A DNA stretch of 64,000 bases from Sphyrna mokarran. Taxonomy: Eukaryota. Positions within the stretch are counted from its first letter, which is position 1. Every line of letters begins with the position of its first letter. Both the position numbers and the translations under genes were made by a program. The stretch spans positions 58,838,001 through 58,902,000 of the forward strand of contig JAGIQG010000009.1 of NCBI GenBank assembly GCA_024679065.1, read 5' to 3'. Shown here one piece after another: positions 61,018 through 64,000 of this stretch. The notes under the pieces are model-generated. The model saw only the letters and a program-made list of their open reading frames with translations. It was not told the DNA's origin and did no database searches.

Positions 61018-63359
61018 AATGTTATTTATTTAAAACTTCATTGATCCTCAAGTTTTAAGCATTTAAATTTGTTTCTTGAGAGGTACCAGAATAATCATTT
61101 TCTTAGAGAAACTAGAGTCTCCAAAAAGGTACACCTAGTTGGATGACAAATATACTCAAGAAAGGGAGAAATTGAGTGACAGCACTTCATGAACCCAACA
61201 TTGAGATGCTGCCAGATAATAATTTTTCCCTTTATTGGACATCTCCAACAAGATGTACTTTGCTTGGACATCCAAACCAAAATTGCTGAATGAATTCACA
61301 AAAGGATAACAGGGTTATACCAAACTAAAATCCTATAGCCATCACTGAATACATCAGGACAACAAGAGACCATTTATAGCCACTATTTGTATTAATATTA
61401 ACTTAACATTTTAAATATAGAATGTTTAAGTACAAAGGGGAGTGTTTGAACTATAAGAATGCAAGCAAAGCCAGTGGACTTTCACTATGTGGAATCCCTG
61501 ATACAGCACACTCTTCGGCCACACTACTTACAGAACCTGTTTTATCCACCCCAATCTGAATCAGATGGCTCATGATAGGTGATCACAGAACGCTGCAAAG
61601 TTTCCAAATGCATTTTGAAGCTCGACTTGATGGTCTTTATGGTTGAACAGCAGGTCAATTAAAAATTGAATCAGCAACTTTTAGTTGTGTGAACAGTAAC
61701 ATTCCTTCTTGTGATAGTGATGGGACGGTAACACAATGCTAATAGCTTGATATGTTTGCATAATTAGCAGGTCAAAAAGCAAACACAAGTAAGGCACCTC
61801 CCACACATATGGGGTAAAAAGGTACTGTGAGGAGCAGAGTAAAAATAAAACAGGAAGTGCAAGCTGTTGATATACATCTCCAGATAGCCAGTTCAGAACA
61901 GAGCTAGTGGAAGCTGTGGAGAGAACTTAGCTGTACAATTATCTGAAAGGAGAATGTATCTTAAAATAATTTAGGATTTCATAGGATTAAATATAACTTT
62001 GCATTTTAAGACCAAATTCTTTAATCCCCTCGAAGATCTCTGCGCTTCTCCAATTCTGGTCTCTTGCATACCCTCAATTTTCATTGTTCCATCATTTCTA
62101 ACCACACAGTTTGACTACCTCATCCAGGACTCTGAAATTGCCTCCTTAAAGCTCTCTCTCCTCCTTTAAACATAATCTCTTTAAAATGAGCTTTCAGCTT
62201 AATAACTCCTTACGTAGTTCGGTGTTAAAGATGCTATATAAATGCAAGTTCTTGTTACCTGGCGAAACTGAAGAGATAAAATGTGCCAAAACAAAGCCAA
62301 GAATCTAGCTGGTTTACAAAGGGCTGAATCTGTTTCTCTGATCAAAGTGTGTACTGCAACCCTCGTTTATCTCCAGAGACACAATCTCCCCTTTAGCTGA
62401 AGTTCAATTTTGAAAAGATAATCTGCACAGCTCGCTCCCATTTTACCTGCGCTCGACAATACTTGTTCCCATACATCAGCAAAGGCTACTTGTATTGAGG
62501 GGGAAAAACAATTTCAATTCTTGTGGAAACCAGCCACGCATTGTAGGGCAGAGCTCATTATGCCAGAAGCCCTCCTGCACCATAAAAGGTTGCCATTCTT
62601 CCTGCGTTACAGGAGATAGTGAGAGTTGGCAAGCTGACACTGGGAATGTCGCAGTGAAGTCCAATCACAAGTTTATACAATGTCCATGCATTCAATTTCC
62701 TGCAGAGGGGTCACTCGATACATATCAAACAAAGTTTGGCTTCCATTTCTGACAGAAACCTTTAACGGTACACAACAGTATCTCAGGCCATCATCAATAT
62801 TAAAAGGAATAATACACAGATACTGTTGAAATACTGCTTAAAATGTTCAGTAAGTTTTACAGCATGTAACAGCAGACCTCCATAAAGCAATGTTTTCTTT
62901 AGAAAACTTAGAGCTCAAGTAATTGATAATTCAATAATATATTTTCAAATCAGAATGTCTTCATTAGTCCAATCAGAACTCAATCCCTGAAAATGCAAAA
63001 TGGTTTCTTCACAAGGAATTCTACAGTTCCTGTATACAATCCAGTCTCTAAAAACACATCTCTCTTTAAATTTAAAGCAGAGCTTTTCCAAAGACCAATT
63101 CACAACAAGCAAATGTTTTTACTGGTGGTTTCCAAACATCTGTGCATCTAACACAAATTCCAATGCACAAGGAACAGAAGGAGCACATCTCACCACGTAC
63201 AGCATTCAGTAGAAAATTAGCAACATGCAGCTGGTTTGACCTCACACTGATAAACGTGTGGAGTGAAAACAGGGTGTGAAGGCCCAACTCAACTCTGTCG
63301 CAAAGCAGATCAACACCAGATTCAAGTCACCTCCACAACGTAAATACAAGTGTAAGATT

Positions 63360-64000
63360 AATTCTTTGAGGATATGACAAGGAAGTTAGATAAAGAAGAA
63401 CCAGTGGGTAAGATTTATTTAGATTTCCAGAAGATCTTTTGACAAGATGCCGCATAGGAGACTATTAAATAAGTTAAGTGCCCATGACATAGATAGAGGA
63501 TTGGCTGACTGGCAGAAGGCAGAGAGTAGGAATAAAGGGGTCTTTTTCAGGATAGCAGCTGGTGATGAGTGGTGTGCCTCAGAGGTCAATGCTGGGATCA
63601 CAACATTTTACAATATACATTAACAATTTGGAAGAAGGAACTGAAAGCACTATTGCTAAATTTGCAGATGATACAAAGATATGCAGAGGGATAGGTAGTA
63701 TTGAGGAAGGGGGGTTGCAGAAGGATTTAGACAGGTTAGAAGAGTGGGCAAAGAAATGGTAGACAGAATACAATGTGGAAAGGTATGAGGTTATGCTCTT
63801 TGGAAAGAGGAATGGAAGATAGACTATTTTCTAAATGGGGAAAATACTTAGGAAATCAAACACAATGGGACTTATTCAAGATTCTCTTAAGGTGTATCTG
63901 GAAGTTCAGTCGGCAGTTAGGAAGGCAAATGCAATGTTTGATTCACATTGAGAAGGCTAGAATACAAGTGCAAGGATACACTTTTGAGGCTGTATAAGGC
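63360..64000 (+). mobile_element. CR1 ORF2 RT fragment (runs off window)
   Basis: YLDFQKIFDK, SGVPQRSMLG..YINNLEEG..AKFADDTK..LQKDLDRLEEWAKKW. Confidence 0.93.

Noticed and set aside
48984-64000. SSBP3 exons 1-4 (LisH/LUFS: LALYVYEYLLH, GFLHSWW, VFWDLYCAAP)
   Set aside because: Looked for on the minus strand and not seen; consistent with a long intron 4 extending beyond the window.
1-64000. Prokaryote-type systems (operons, CRISPR arrays, defence loci)
   Set aside because: Sequence is spliceosomal-intron vertebrate DNA with no long ORFs or regularly spaced repeats.

Overview
This is eukaryotic, AT-rich, repeat-dense vertebrate DNA. The HE1/V-SINE, Deu-domain SINE, CR1/HER1-type LINE and Penelope repertoire points to a cartilaginous fish (shark); that is an inference from recalled repeat families. 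The dominant feature is the 3' part of an SSBP3 (SSDP1, LDB1 cofactor) gene on the minus strand. I read 14 coding exons by hand, all with GT-AG boundaries and consistent phases, equivalent to human exons 5-18 (888 nt, 295 aa plus stop, ending ...[19 protein letters not shown]). A ~1.4 kb 3'UTR follows. Exons 1-4 (LisH/LUFS domain) were not found and must lie to the right of the window. The rest is intron or intergenic DNA filled with CR1 fragments, SINEs, a Gypsy pol remnant, Penelope fragments and MITEs. Nearly all ORFs in the supplied track are spurious or repeat-derived. I found no well-supported novel multi-gene system. The best leads are: a candidate extra in-frame or alternative first SSBP3 exon (PLL-MYGNKYCRAQ) deep in intron 4; a tandem acceptor adding SDPWLSLQ; two ~97% identical inverted young CR1 ends bracketing a phase-0, 372-nt exon block; Penelope fragments with hammerhead cores and a TSD-flanked fold-back insertion; a ~385-bp intronic palindrome; and a possible signal-peptide first exon of a neighbouring gene. 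Exon coordinates were counted base by base; repeat boundaries are approximate.
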